Source of the DNA: the human T2T-CHM13v2.0 reference genome, Homo sapiens
Assembly: GCF_009914755.1 (NCBI RefSeq)
Contig: NC_060947.1
Direction: 5' to 3' (one strand)
Length of the DNA: 64,000 nt
Shown here: in pieces, positions 41,205 through 53,498 of the stretch
Layout: the number at the start of each line of letters is the position of its first letter
Numbering within the stretch: position 1 is the stretch's first letter
The notes under the pieces: model-generated
The model's database searches: none
Told to the model about the DNA's origin: nothing
Seen by the model: the letters and a program-made list of their open reading frames with translations, nothing else
Made by a program: the position numbers and the translations under genes

Positions 41205-43372
41205 TTACTGAAGTAGTGTGAATTTGAAAAGCATTTGGGTTACTATTTGTAAGTACTCTTTAAGTTTAAGCCAATTTGGTACCTTGTGGCCAAAAACACA
41301 TAACAAAATATGTGTATGTACACATAAATGAACACATACTAATACAAAGATTCCACAGCTTTTACTCAGAACTCTAGCAATGAGATAGTATTACAAACTC
41401 ACCAGTTTGCAAAAATAATAACAGTAAGAAATGGCTGGATACAAACAGTGGATTTTATCTCAGTAAAATGTAACAGCAGCCTTAAAGCAGGCAGAAAAGA
41501 AAACACCAGAGTGATATATAGATAACTTAGGAACTTTATAGTTGCAGGTTGACAACTGACATCTAAGTTTTCCTTGATATAATTTACTCATCAGTTTTAA
41601 ATGTTCACAAAAACAGACCTAATGTGTAACCACTGGAAGTATTAGAAAACCTGGCATGCCCTTCCATTTCCACAACTATCTGTAAGTAGAGGTGCCATTA
41701 AACCAAATGGGGTGCCTGAAAGGAAGTCATTCTCTTTCTGTTTTCTCATTCTTAGATCATTTGTTTCCCACGGTTTTTCTTAAAAGGAGAAAATGAGCTG
41801 TGGCCTAGGGTTTAGTGTAGTGGATAAAAATGTGCTGACTGTGAATGGGATGCCACAGTATGTCACCACTGAGTCATTTCCACCCTCTTACATGTCTTAG
41901 TTTTTCTCTTTGAAGGTTTAGCACTTCTGAGAGGTCTCAAATGTAGACTAACCAGCTCTTATACGCATTTCCTGGATGAGCCTTTTTAAGCTAATTTTTT
42001 GGAGGTTCCCTGTAGGGTTTTTGCACATTGTGGGGTGTCAACCCCTCAGACGCTTCTACTCAGCGTCCCCCCCACCCTGCCCCCAGTAACCCAGGGGCAT
42101 CTTTTGGCTGGGATGAGAAAAATACCATTTCTCTTCAGAGCAGAGAAAAGTCAGTCTCTCTCATTTATCTACAAAACAACAGTTCAGTTCCCAATGCACA
42201 GACAAACCAATTGAAATTATTTTTTTGAGGAAAGTAAATGGAGAAGACTAATTAGAATGTACCTCCAAACTACAATTAGGATCCCAAACAACAACTTCCT
42301 AGGAAAAAAGAAAGAAAGAAAGAAAAACAGCTAAGATCCTTTCCTGTAAACTGTTCTCAGCCACCACTAACTTTGTAGCTCTTAGGAGTCCACCATTACA
42401 CATGCCAAGGTCAAATCCTCTAACAGTACAAGTTAATCTCTGGGATTCCCCAAAGCCAAACATATAAGGTAGTGCAATACAGGAAATCAGAGCTTTAGAC
42501 TTAAGAATCTGCCCATGACTCTTTAAACCTCACAAAGAAAACAGAACACCCCAAAAAGGGTTGAGTAGCACCTTTGTTATGAGTCCTTCAAGGGTTTTGA
42601 GTCATTACCAGCCTCCTTAGATTTTTTTATCTTGACACTGAAGATGGAGAAGGAGGAGGGAGGAATAGAGTGGAAGAAAAGTAAATGAAAGAATATTTGT
42701 TTAAGACAGGAAGCAAACACAGAAACCAAGCACATAGTTTTATGTGTTTTTCTTTTCTTTTGTAGCTGTGAGGAATTTTAGCCAATTCAGAGTCTTGTTT
42801 TCCATAATTTGGAATTCTCATTTAGATTTGACCAAATGAGACTTAGTAAGATATAATGGGAGAAATACCAGAATAACAAAAAATCCCAACAGTATGATTA
42901 CAGAGGGTTCTAGTGGTAAGAAGGAATAAAGACCAGCTGGTTGTTAATCTTAACTTTAGCCCAGACGAACCCCAATTCAGTTACTTACCTAGGTATGGGT
43001 TTCAGGCTGAAGACTGCTGTCTACCATCCTAGAACTAGGCAAAAACTCAAACTCACTTTCCTTCTTGGAAGCAAGCTCAAACTCCAGAAAGGCACTGCCT
43101 GTACTCCATTGTCAATGGAAGCAGGAAAACTTGCCTTACTTGTTTGAAGCAAGTAAAACTCCAGAAAAGTTGTTGTAGAGCAAAATAAATGTTAGAACCC
43201 AACCGAATTTTGGAAGATCAGACATTCTATTAAAGGGTGAGCTCTTAGGCTTCAGCAAATTACCCTATTGCTTTGAGCCATAAGATTATCTCAAGCTGGT
43301 ACTAAGCACCTATAGGAGACTTGTCAAAGCTCAGGGGCACCTACACTAAGAATCCCTTCATGGTTACCAATT
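41205..43372 (-). mobile_element. MER4-group ERV1 internal (leader) region
   Basis: Non-coding MER4-int-like sequence ending in a PBS next to a MER4 LTR. Confidence 0.75.
43350..43369 (-). other. Retroviral primer-binding site, tRNA-Arg(TCG)-like
   Basis: Minus strand TGGTAACCATGAAGGGATTC, 3 nt from the LTR; complementary to the recalled tRNA-Arg-TCG 3' end (GAATCCCTTCGTGGTTRCCA). Confidence 0.7.
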
Positions 43373-43705
43373 TGTGAACCTCAAAATATCTGAGACAGAT
43401 CTCAATCATTATAGAAAGTCTATTTTGCCTACGTTAAGGACATGCCTGTGATACACCAGCAAGAGGCCGTAACGAAATGTGCCCAAGGTGGTTGGGGTAC
43501 AGCTTGCATTTACACATTTTAGGAAGATGTAATACATCAACTAATACTTGTAAGATTTACATTGGTTTTATCTGGGAGGTCAGAGCAACTCAGAGGGGTA
43601 CTTCCAGGTCACACGTAGTTTTAAAGTCTTTCTGATTGGCAATTGGTGGAAAGAGTTATTATCAATCAAAAGTAATGTCTAGGTTGTGATAAGGGGTTGT
43701 GGGGA
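43373..43705 (-). mobile_element. MER4A/B-type LTR (partial)
   Basis: tgtgaacctcaaaatatctgagacagatctcaatc...gtgcccaaggtggttggggtacagcttg. Confidence 0.85.
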
Positions 43706-44109
43706 CTGGGGGACTCTGAAGGTAAACAAGTGTCAAATGGCCCAAACCCTGAAAAATGAAAGAGAGGGAAGACATAGGAAAAAGGAAAGAGATTCATACA
43801 AACAAATTAGGAAAAGTATTATAATCAGATAAATAGTTATCCTTAAGGAAATCCTTCCCCTCAAAGAGGCACCATGGTAACACAGACTGAGCACTAGAAT
43901 TGTGGGAAAAGTCTCAGTGTGAATCTTAAATCTGCAGCACTCCTTAGGCAATAAATTACTTGTTAATAAATTATAAGGTATTTGCAGATGAAGGTGGACT
44001 TTGTTCATCTTTAGATTGACAGCGTCTAACATAACATCTGGTTAAAAGGCTCTTGTTTGAATCTAAATCAGTGTCTGGCAAATTGAGGAGGCATCATTAT
44101 CAACTGAAG

Positions 44110-44233
44110 TTTGTTAAACGATGGATTGCCAGAATCTGATACAGTAAGTCTGGGGTAATAATTTGCATTTCTGTCATGTTCGCAAGGGACACTAAGGCTA
44201 CTACTCTAGGAATCACACTTTGAGAACCACTGG
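44110..44233 (+). mobile_element. MER5A hAT MITE fragment
   Basis: atttgcatttct...cacactttgagaaccactgg. Confidence 0.7.
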
Positions 44234-44250
44234 ACACTTTTTTTTTAAAC

Positions 44251-44451
44251 CAGGGGAAAGCAAACTATAGCCAGCTGGTCAATTCACCCTCAGCATATTT
44301 TCATACAGTCCATGATCTAAGAATTATTTTTTTTAAGTTTTAAAGGGTGGTTAAAACACCCCACCACCCAAGGATATACAACAGCGACTATATATTTCCC
44401 ATGAAGCAAATATTACTATCTAACTCTACAGAAAATGTTTACCAACCACTG
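44251..44451 (+). mobile_element. MER58-type hAT MITE
   Basis: Termini caggggaaagcaaact ... tgtttaccaaccactg. Confidence 0.7.
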
Positions 44452-45673
44452 TTTTAAACAATACAGGGATTACAAACACAAACAACTGAATCTGCAAATG
44501 GTTTAAACTGCCTTCATCTCTGAAGAATACACCAAATATGTATTTTGTCTTTCCTAAACCACATTGTATTTCCAATATTCTACCTCTGCCTAATTCTTGT
44601 TGGGCTACCTATATCCATCTTAGGGACTTTAAGAATGATTTCAATTATTCTGTAAAAGCATTTCACTGAAATAAAATAGGAATAATTTTAGAAGATTATG
44701 TAATAATGTGAGGAAAATAAGATTAAATTAGTTCTTTCAATATTTAAGCTTACCTCTTTATTTTAATTGTGCTTTAAATCCTTTTATTTTTGGAATATTC
44801 TGGTAAGCCTTTTCTAGATGTCAGATTTCAATCTGGAACAAGTTAAGCTTCAAATTCAACACTAAGTTTTATGGAAGCTCATTTCAACTATTTTCATATT
44901 GTTAGTGCTGCATGTTGGTATGCATTAGTAGGACATTAATCCAGATGTCATTTTTTTCTTATCTAGTTTAGAGCTTTATCCGGGGTCAAGAAAGGAACCA
45001 TAGCATAGCTAACCTCTTAAACACATATGGTACATCCAAAGACTCCTACACATCCATGTACTCTTAGGTTGGCTGTGAAATGGTCATTAGCAGCACCAAT
45101 CACAAGTGTATGAGTTCAACCACACACATACACAAGAGTATTATATTTTATCAATAAGCAGATGAAGTAGACTGGCCTAGACATGAGCGTCAGTGAGCAA
45201 GTAGGATGAAAAGGGTATACCTGAGAAAGGGGAGTGTTCTGAATTAAAAGGTCAGGGCCTGAGTGGGGTAAGGAAAGAATCCATGCATAGGGTGTGTGGA
45301 GGGGCAATCTGACATGTGGTATGAGAGACAAGCAGAATGAAGACGGCTTCCACATGAAAGGCGTAACAGTGTGAGGTATAGATAACTGAGCAGGGTGAGC
45401 AAGGTTTCCATACAGGGTGGTGGCATCAGCAACAGTCTGGCTTAATGTGTGGGAGCAAAAATGAGGTAAAAAGTACACTTATACAAAAAGGTGACAGGAT
45501 TTTGGAGCCCAAAATAGGTGAGAAAGAAATCTAGGCTGATATGGAAATTAAGGTGGCAGTAAAGGGAGACTGGGTCTGTGTGTAGGTATTGATCACACAT
45601 GTAAATATATTAAAGCTAGTGGGGACAAAAGAAGGCTTTAACAAACATGGAAAAGAAAAAAGAAAAGAAACCC

Positions 45674-46465
45674 TAATATGCTTTCACTCTGTGTCTCCAC
45701 CAAAATCTCATCCCGAATTGTAATCTCCACATGTCAGGGGAGGGGCCTAGAGGGAGATGACTGAATCACGGGGGTGGACTTCCCCTTTACTATTCTTGTT
45801 ATAATGAGTACTCATGAGATCTGATAGTTTAAAGTGTGTGATACATCCCCACTCTCACTCTCTCCTGCTGCCATGTAAGACGTGCCTTGCTTCCCCTTCA
45901 CTTTCTGCTATAATCGTAAGTTTCCTGAGGTCTCCCCAGCCATGTGGAACTATGAGTCAATTAAACCTCTTCGGTTTATAAATTACCCCATTTCAGGTAG
46001 CTCCTTCTAGCAATGTGAAAACAAACTAATACAGAAAATTGGTACTGAGCATGGGGCACTGCCATAAACATACCTGAAAATGTGGAAGCCAGTTTGAAAC
46101 TGGGTAACAGGCAGAGGTTGGAAAAATTTGGAGAGCTCAGAAGAAGCTGGAAAATGTGGGAAAGCTTGAAACTTCTTAGAGACTTGTTAAATGGATTTGA
46201 CCAAAATGATGGCACTGATATGGACAATAAAGTCCAGGCTGAGGTGGTCTCAGATGGAGATGAGGATCTTATTGGGAACTGGAGGAAGGGTCACTCTTGC
46301 TATGGTTTTACAAATAGACCTGTGACATTTTGCCCCTGCCCTAGAGATCTGTGGAACTTTGAACTTGAGAAAGATGATTTAGGGTATCTGGAAGAAGATA
46401 TTTCTAAGCAACAAAGCATTCAAGATTTGATCTGGCTGTTTCTAAATCTGTACACTCCTATGTGT
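45674..46465 (+). mobile_element. MSTA-like LTR (45674-46033) plus truncated internal region
   Basis: LTR ends actaataca, then gaaaattggtactgag; ORF 46082-46495 is a MaLR ORF fragment. Confidence 0.88.
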
Positions 46466-46469
46466 GATT

Positions 46470-46675
46470 ATATGGTCATAATATATCAGGGTTAATTTTC
46501 TAATTCTGTGGCTATATTGCGATTATGTAGGAGAATATCCTTGACTAAAGGCAATATACACCAAATTATTCAGAAGGGATTGCAAAAAAGATAATCAATT
46601 TACTCTCAAATGTTTCCAGTAAAAAATAAAAGTTATTTGTAGTATATTTGCGACTTTTCTGTTATTTTAAGATAT
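46470..46675 (+). mobile_element. L1MC-type 3' end
   Basis: gattatgtaggagaatatccttg...caatttactctcaaatg...gcgacttttctg. Confidence 0.6.
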
Positions 46676-46719
46676 ATAAACATACCAAAGCTATGAGATG
46701 AGGACATTGCATTATGAAG

Positions 46720-47560
46720 TTGGACAGAGTGCTGCAGTATATGTTTTACCCCCTTGGCATGATGATCTATAGAAGGGATTCTCAGTAGAAGAGAATGAAT
46801 GCACTTGTACTATATTTTGATGATGAGATTAACTTCGCTGTGATTCACAGGAGAATATGTAGAAAGAGAAAGTTCATAAATTTTCATGTTTGTGGCCTTA
46901 TATTAGATTTTTAATTTATTTAAATTAAAACCAGAAATGAAACAAAACAGGAAATTCTTTTCTGAGAGAAAGTGGCATATAACAACAGATGTTAGCATTT
47001 CCTGGGATATTAAAGAGCCCTAATTCACCCTTGCCTAGATATCCTGCTTAAGACATAGACTATTTTACTTGGACAGAATATTTTGCTTGCTATAGGAATG
47101 ATAACCTACCAAAACTCAAGGATATTTCTAGCACTGGAAATTCTATTAGGGAGAAAAGACTTTTGAATCTTGTTCAGAATAGACACAAAAGATGCTGTAG
47201 TCATCTGAGGCCAAGAAACTGCAGAATTTGATGTAATGGCCAAAGGTGTTTGGAATCTGAAAGCATACAAGTGACTTTGGCTGAATCCTTGCAAGCTTTA
47301 GAAGAGGCTTTCCTTCTTGCTGAAAATCAGAATGCATACTGGATAAACCTCTTAAAAACACTTCAGAGAGTTCGAGAAAAAGTCATCTGCATTCACACAG
47401 ATGACAGAGATTCTGTAACAGAGGAGACTCGCCCGGGAAATTTAGACTCAGATACCATTTGGCATGGGTTTTGGCTGGAGAAGAAGTTCTGACAACCACT
47501 TCGCAAACGTGTGGGAAGCCAGGTTGTAACATGCCTATGCACTGTCTCTAAGTACAAACT
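46720..47560 (+). pseudogene. PNMA-like Ty3/gypsy gag fossil (multiple stops and frameshifts; probably MamGyp-type internal sequence)
   Basis: Collinear PNMA-like blocks: VLQYMFYPLG, DEINFAVIHRRICRK, DF*FI, NSFLRESG, YQNSRIF, GEKTFESCSE*TQKML*SSEAKKLQNLM, VTLAESLQALEEAF..E......LLKTLQRVREK, SAFTQMTEIL*QR, HLAWVLAG. Confidence 0.8.
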
Positions 47561-47636
47561 GCCAAGTAAAAGAGAACTTAATTCCTTACCAAATGGATAC
47601 ACCCCTGAATCTGCCCTCAAGATAATATCTTAGGGC

Positions 47637-48436
47637 AGTGGCACAGAAACTGTGATTAATGGCACTTCTCAGTCACTAAAACTTTAGAACAATGAAAACA
47701 TCCTTTTTTTCCTACTTATAGAGAGCCACAGACATTTCATGGTAGACTGTACTTATTTAGAAAACTCACAGTCACACAGAATGCAAAGCTTATTTGGGGA
47801 ATTTAAGGATATCTGGAAGAGACACATGAAGTTTACAGTAGTATAGCTTTAGCCAGCCCCTATATCCTCTCTTGGTATAGACAACTGAGATCAAGTAGTG
47901 GAGGCAAAAGAGGCATGAACAGTTACCACATTATGGATGTTGGGTGGGTGGATGAACAATTACTCATAAGTCAGCTACTTCCTGCTCTATATCCTAATGT
48001 TGGTGACGAGCCAGAGATGATATTCAACATTTTGTGCCCAGAATCTAGGGCAAGGAGTGGGGAAGGAATGACTTTAAGAACAAGGACAATTTGACTGGAC
48101 AGTAGGTCAGGAGTTACATGCTGAATTTCAGTCCTTATTTAGTTGTCTTGAAGCCAATGCCATCTGTCCATCTCTTAGTTACATGAAGCTAATAAAAGGG
48201 TTTTTGAGTTTCCAGACTCAAAAGAAGTTAGACCTGTGGCTGAGCCTTTGAATAGAACACATGCAGTGGTGGGTGGATAGGGAATCCTCAAGGCAAGAAT
48301 TACACCTTGGAAGTGGAGGCTCAGGTACAACCCTAACCTATGATCCCAGGTTGAAAAAAATCTATGACCACTTCCTTAAGTAATGGCACAAAAAAGGTTG
48401 AGGTAGCCCTGCAACTGGGAATAGGGTAAAGTTACA
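47637..48436 (+). mobile_element. Candidate gypsy LTR (MamGypLTR-like)
   Basis: gttggtgacgagccagagatga (47999-48020) resembles a recalled MamGypLTR motif; AATAAA at 48191; ends ttaca; directly downstream of the gag fossil; start uncertain. Confidence 0.55.
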
Positions 48437-48879
48437 CATTAGCTTTAGATAGCTTCACAGGAGGAGATCTCAGAACATGGTTGTTAATGGGGAATTTAAA
48501 AGGTGAGTAGAAGAACTACAAAATTGCTAGATATAAGTAGTCATGCGTGAAGAGAAAGAAAAACAAATACACAGACAAAAACAAAAGCAAGCAAATGAGC
48601 AATCAATACTCAGATTAAGCTTGCAAATTAAAATTCCAAAGAATACAAAGGAAATTAATATTATGAATTTAATGATCAAATTTAATGTTATTATTTAAAT
48701 GATAAAAAACCAGAAGAACCAACAAGCTAAAAGAAATAGAAGAAATCATACACTAGAAATGGAAACCATATCGTAAAGAACTCCAGAAGTTGGCTTACAT
48801 CCTCCAAATATAAAAAATAAGACATTTCTATAATATATGTGGTAAAAACTAGGAGATATGAATTAAGAAACAGTTGGAT

Positions 48880-49172
48880 CATCTCACTCAAGGTCTCAGC
48901 TTCAAGGTTTCTTCTTCAAAGTGAAATTCTTTGCTCACCAGTCTTAACTGATAACCAAGTCATTTGTATCACAACATATTCTGTCAATTCACTGTACTGA
49001 ACTTATAATCAGGTAAAATTATTGTGTGTGTTTATACTGTCAGACTCTTCACACTAGAAGTGAAGAACAAAGAATTAAGGATGTTATTTTCTAATCCATA
49101 ATGAGCACATAGAACATGGCCTGGACTATGATAGGTGTTCAGTCAATATATGTGGACTACTGAATGAATGAA
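48880..49172 (+). mobile_element. L2a 3' end
   Basis: ggcctggactatgataggtgttcagtcaatatatg...tgaatgaatgaa. Confidence 0.65.
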
Positions 49173-49189
49173 AAAGTAACCAATTGAAA

Positions 49190-50088
49190 AATAAAATGAA
49201 CAATAAGGTATCATCTCACCCTAGTAAAAATAGCTTTTATCCAAAAGATAGGCTATAATAAATACTGGTGAGGATGTGGAGAACAAGATACCCTCACACA
49301 CTGTTGGTGGGAATGTTAATTAGTACAACCCCCATGGAGAACAATATAGAAGTTTTCACAAAAACTAAAAATAGAGCTACCTTATAATCCAGCAATCACA
49401 CTGCTAGGTATATACTCGAAATAAAGGAAATCAGTATATTGAAGGGATATCTGCACTTCTATGTTTATTGTAGCACTATTCACAATAGGCAAGATTTAGA
49501 AGCAACTTAAGTGCTTCCAATTTTTTAATCCATCAACAGAAGAATGGGTAAAGAAAATGTGGTACATATACACAATGGAATACTATTCAGCCATAAAAAG
49601 AATGAGATCCAGTTATTTGAAACAACATGGATGGAACTGTGAGTCATTATGTTAAGTGAAATAAACCAGGCACAGCAAGACAAACTTCACATGTTCACAC
49701 TTATTTGTGGGAGGTAAAAATTAAAACAATTGAACTTATGAAGATAGAGAGTAGAAGGAAGGTTACCAAAGGCTGGGAAGGGTAGTGAGGGGACGGGAGG
49801 AAGTGAGGATAGTTAATGGGTACAAAATAATACGTAGAAAGAATGAATACACTCTAGTAGTTGATAGCAAAACAGGGTAATTATTGTCAATAATAATTTA
49901 ATTGTACATCTTAAAATATCTATAAGAGTATAACTGGATTGTTTTTAAAACAAATTATAAATGATTGAAGTAATGGCTACTCCATTTACTCCTATGTGAT
50001 TATTATGCATTGTATGCCTGTATCAAAGCATCTCATGTACCCCATAAAATATACACCTATTATACACACCCACAAAATTTAAAAAGTC
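49190..50088 (+). mobile_element. L1MA 3' end
   Basis: ORF2 C-terminus and 3'UTR (gtgattattatgcattgtatgcctgtatcaaa). Confidence 0.88.
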
Positions 50089-52422
50089 AAGTGAAAATAC
50101 AATTATTTAAATTAAAAAAATAGGTGGAATAAATTCTAAAACAGACAGTTTGACAAGATGGATGTTGGAGAACTTGAAGTTATTTGAAGTTATTATTTAA
50201 ACTGGACAATTTCACCCTGATGGTATTTCCCAAAAAAGATAGAGAGGTAAAACATGAAAAATTTTAAAAAGACAGTTTAAGAGCTCTGAGGGATAATCGA
50301 GATATTCTACTATACATCTAATTGTAATTCCAGAGGAGGAGAATACAGAAAATAACAGGGAAGTAATTTTCCAGGTAGATATTAAAAGTACATATCAAGT
50401 AACATCCAATTGACATAAAGTAAATCTACACGTATGTATACTGTACCGAAACCGAAAACATAAAAAAGCAAGATGAATCTCAAAAATCATCAGAGAAAAG
50501 AGACAGAGAAATTAAAATTAAATGATCATTTGGCTGATTTACTACATCAGCAAAAGTAGATTCTAGAAGAATATCCATAATATCATTGCTGGGTAAAATG
50601 TCTGACAATCTACAATTCATACCAAGCTAACTTCTCATTGAAGAGTAAGAATAAAAAAAATTGTGTTCAGACATAATAGAAAATTTTACTACCTACAGAA
50701 TCTCACTGAAAGAAAATAAATAAAGAAGGAAATTAAATACAGAAGGGTTTGGAAGCAAGAATTAATGGCAAGCACATACATTTGTATGAAAATGCTGCCA
50801 AATTTAATTGAGTATTGGCAATAAAATAATACAAAAATAGTTTTTGTGTTTGAAAAGATAGAGTTATTTAGGCTTAAATAGAATATATTTGGTTTAGTGG
50901 TCATCTTTTAAAAATTAAAGATAATCAATAAGGAATAGAAGCTACAGCTTCCAAACCAGTGGAAAAAAAAAAAATCAGTAATTTAAAAACCACATTTCAC
51001 AGAAGCTGGGTGGAGGAAAGGGCAAGAAAGAAAAATAATACCAATTAAAAATGTTAAACACGACAATAAAACGTGTATTCCATGAAGGCAGGGATGTTTG
51101 TCCATTTTCTTTGCTGCTTTATCTCTAGTACCTATAATGTACCTGGCACAGAACAGACTCTGAAGAAATATTTTTGGAATAAAATATGTCTAGTTAAACA
51201 ACCACTCATAATAAATATAAATAAACTAAACACATATATTGTTTAAAAAATCAGATTGGATTAAAAGTATACAAACAAAATCTAGCTTCTGCACTGACCT
51301 AAAAGAGAATATAACTTTTTAAAAATTATGAGTATGGGAGAAGAAATTTCAAAAGAAATATTAACTAAAATAAACCAGATGCAGCAAAATTAATATGACA
51401 TAAATACTATTTTGGAAGAGAATCATTATTAGGGCAAAAGAATATAGTAGGCACAAAAATGTGCCCTTCAGGTCTCTTGTGTGAACACACAAAGTCCTCA
51501 ATTCCCGCAGGTACCCTGATGAGGTTTTAAATTTCATCTTTATGTAATATTACATGCTATGGAAATACAATTATACGTGTACAAGGTGTTTCCAGATCAG
51601 AGACACATTTCTTATTAATTGCCTCAGAGGAAGAATAAGTATATTACTCTCTCTTACCCCACACCTTACCCTTAGGATAACGTGATAAAAGGCAGATGAA
51701 AAACCTGCCTATATGAGTAGCCAGACACTGCGTAAGCAAAGGAAAGAGAAATTACATAAGCAGGGAACAGAGAACAATTTTTATCTTTATTTATGTACAG
51801 CACAGTGACAACCCTGTCCCTCCTCTGCAGAAATATTTTTTTTTTAATTTGTTCCTTTGAGGTGGAATAAAAAGTATCTATGGGTTCTCACCCTAACATT
51901 TTAAATATAAATACCTTTTTTTTTTTTTCAAGAGCCAGATAAACTCTGGTGTCTCCAGACCTAGAGATGTTTTCTGGTATGAGATTCTTATATTCTGATA
52001 TGTAAATACCTACAGAGATAGTGCTCCAGTCTTCCTGGCACCTTGAGACTTAACCAGGTACCTACTCTGAGTTGTAACCATTTGACTTTCTGGATCAGAG
52101 TAACTAACTAAAAAAATGTCTACAGATCTAATTCTCATGGTACCTAAAGAATAATGTGCTTCTATAGGAAATGAAAAGACAAAACCTGTGTATTATAAAA
52201 ATTGCCATATTACAGAAAGGAATTTTAAAAAAATTATAAGAAAAAATAGTATAAGTAATATTTTGCCAAATTTTTTGAAAATTATTACTAAAATGTATTT
52301 TTAAAACTAAATAAATAACTAAATATATCCACAATCATTAATAAAATTGAACTGATAGTTGATTCTACCTCTGCCCTAATGAAAAAGACACCAGGGCCAG
52401 GAAGTATTATAGGCAAATTTAA

Positions 52423-52832
<410 letters not shown>

Positions 52833-53012
52833 TGAAACTAATACAATGTTGGTAACAAACAATAAAATAATATTACCAAAGTAAGCACATAGTATAGAAG
52901 AAAAGATGTTAAATTATTATGCAATTTAATCTGTGGATGTGTGTACATAAACATAATGGTCAAGGACGGTTTCTCTTAGAAACATAAGGATGTATTAACG
53001 TCAGAAAATATT

Positions 53013-53140
53013 AGCTAGGCAAGGTGGTATATGCCTATAGTTTTTGCTACTTGGAAGACTGAAGCAAAAGTACTGTTTGAGTCCAGGACTTCAAGTCCAG
53101 CCTGGGCAACACAGCAATATCCTGTCTCTAATTTTTAAAG
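53013..53140 (+). mobile_element. FLAM monomeric Alu
   Basis: Single monomer; flanked by agaaaat. Confidence 0.75.
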
Positions 53141-53150
53141 AAAATCTAAT

Positions 53151-53498
53151 TGTCTTAGTCCATTTGTGCCATGATAACACACTGTGATAGACTGGGTGGC
53201 TTACAATAAACTAATTTATCACAGTGCTAGAGGCTAGAAAGTCCAAGGTCAAGGTGCCAGCAGAGTTTTGTTTCTAGTGACGGCTCATTTTATGGTTCAT
53301 AAATGGCCATCTTTTCACTGTGCCCTCACACGGCAGAAGGGCTAAAGTTCTCCACTGGGTCTCCTTCATAATGGCACTAATCCCATTCAAGAGGACTGAA
53401 TCTTAATGACCTAACCACCTCCCAAAAACCCTCCACTTAACACTACCATTTTTGGGGTTATGATTTCAACATATGAACAAACATTCAAATTATAGCAC
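53151..53498 (-). mobile_element. MLT1A0-type solo LTR
   Basis: tgtcttagtccattt...aagtccaaggtcaaggtgccagcag...attcaaattatagca; flanks ctaat/ctaac. Confidence 0.88.

Noticed and set aside
43350-43369. tRNA gene
   Set aside because: Only ~20 nt match a tRNA 3' end including CCA, next to an LTR, so it is a PBS
45080-45160. Possible displaced N-terminus of the PNMA-like gag (MVISSTNHKCMS...)
   Set aside because: Similarity to the PNMA start (LLEDWCRGM) is too weak to support
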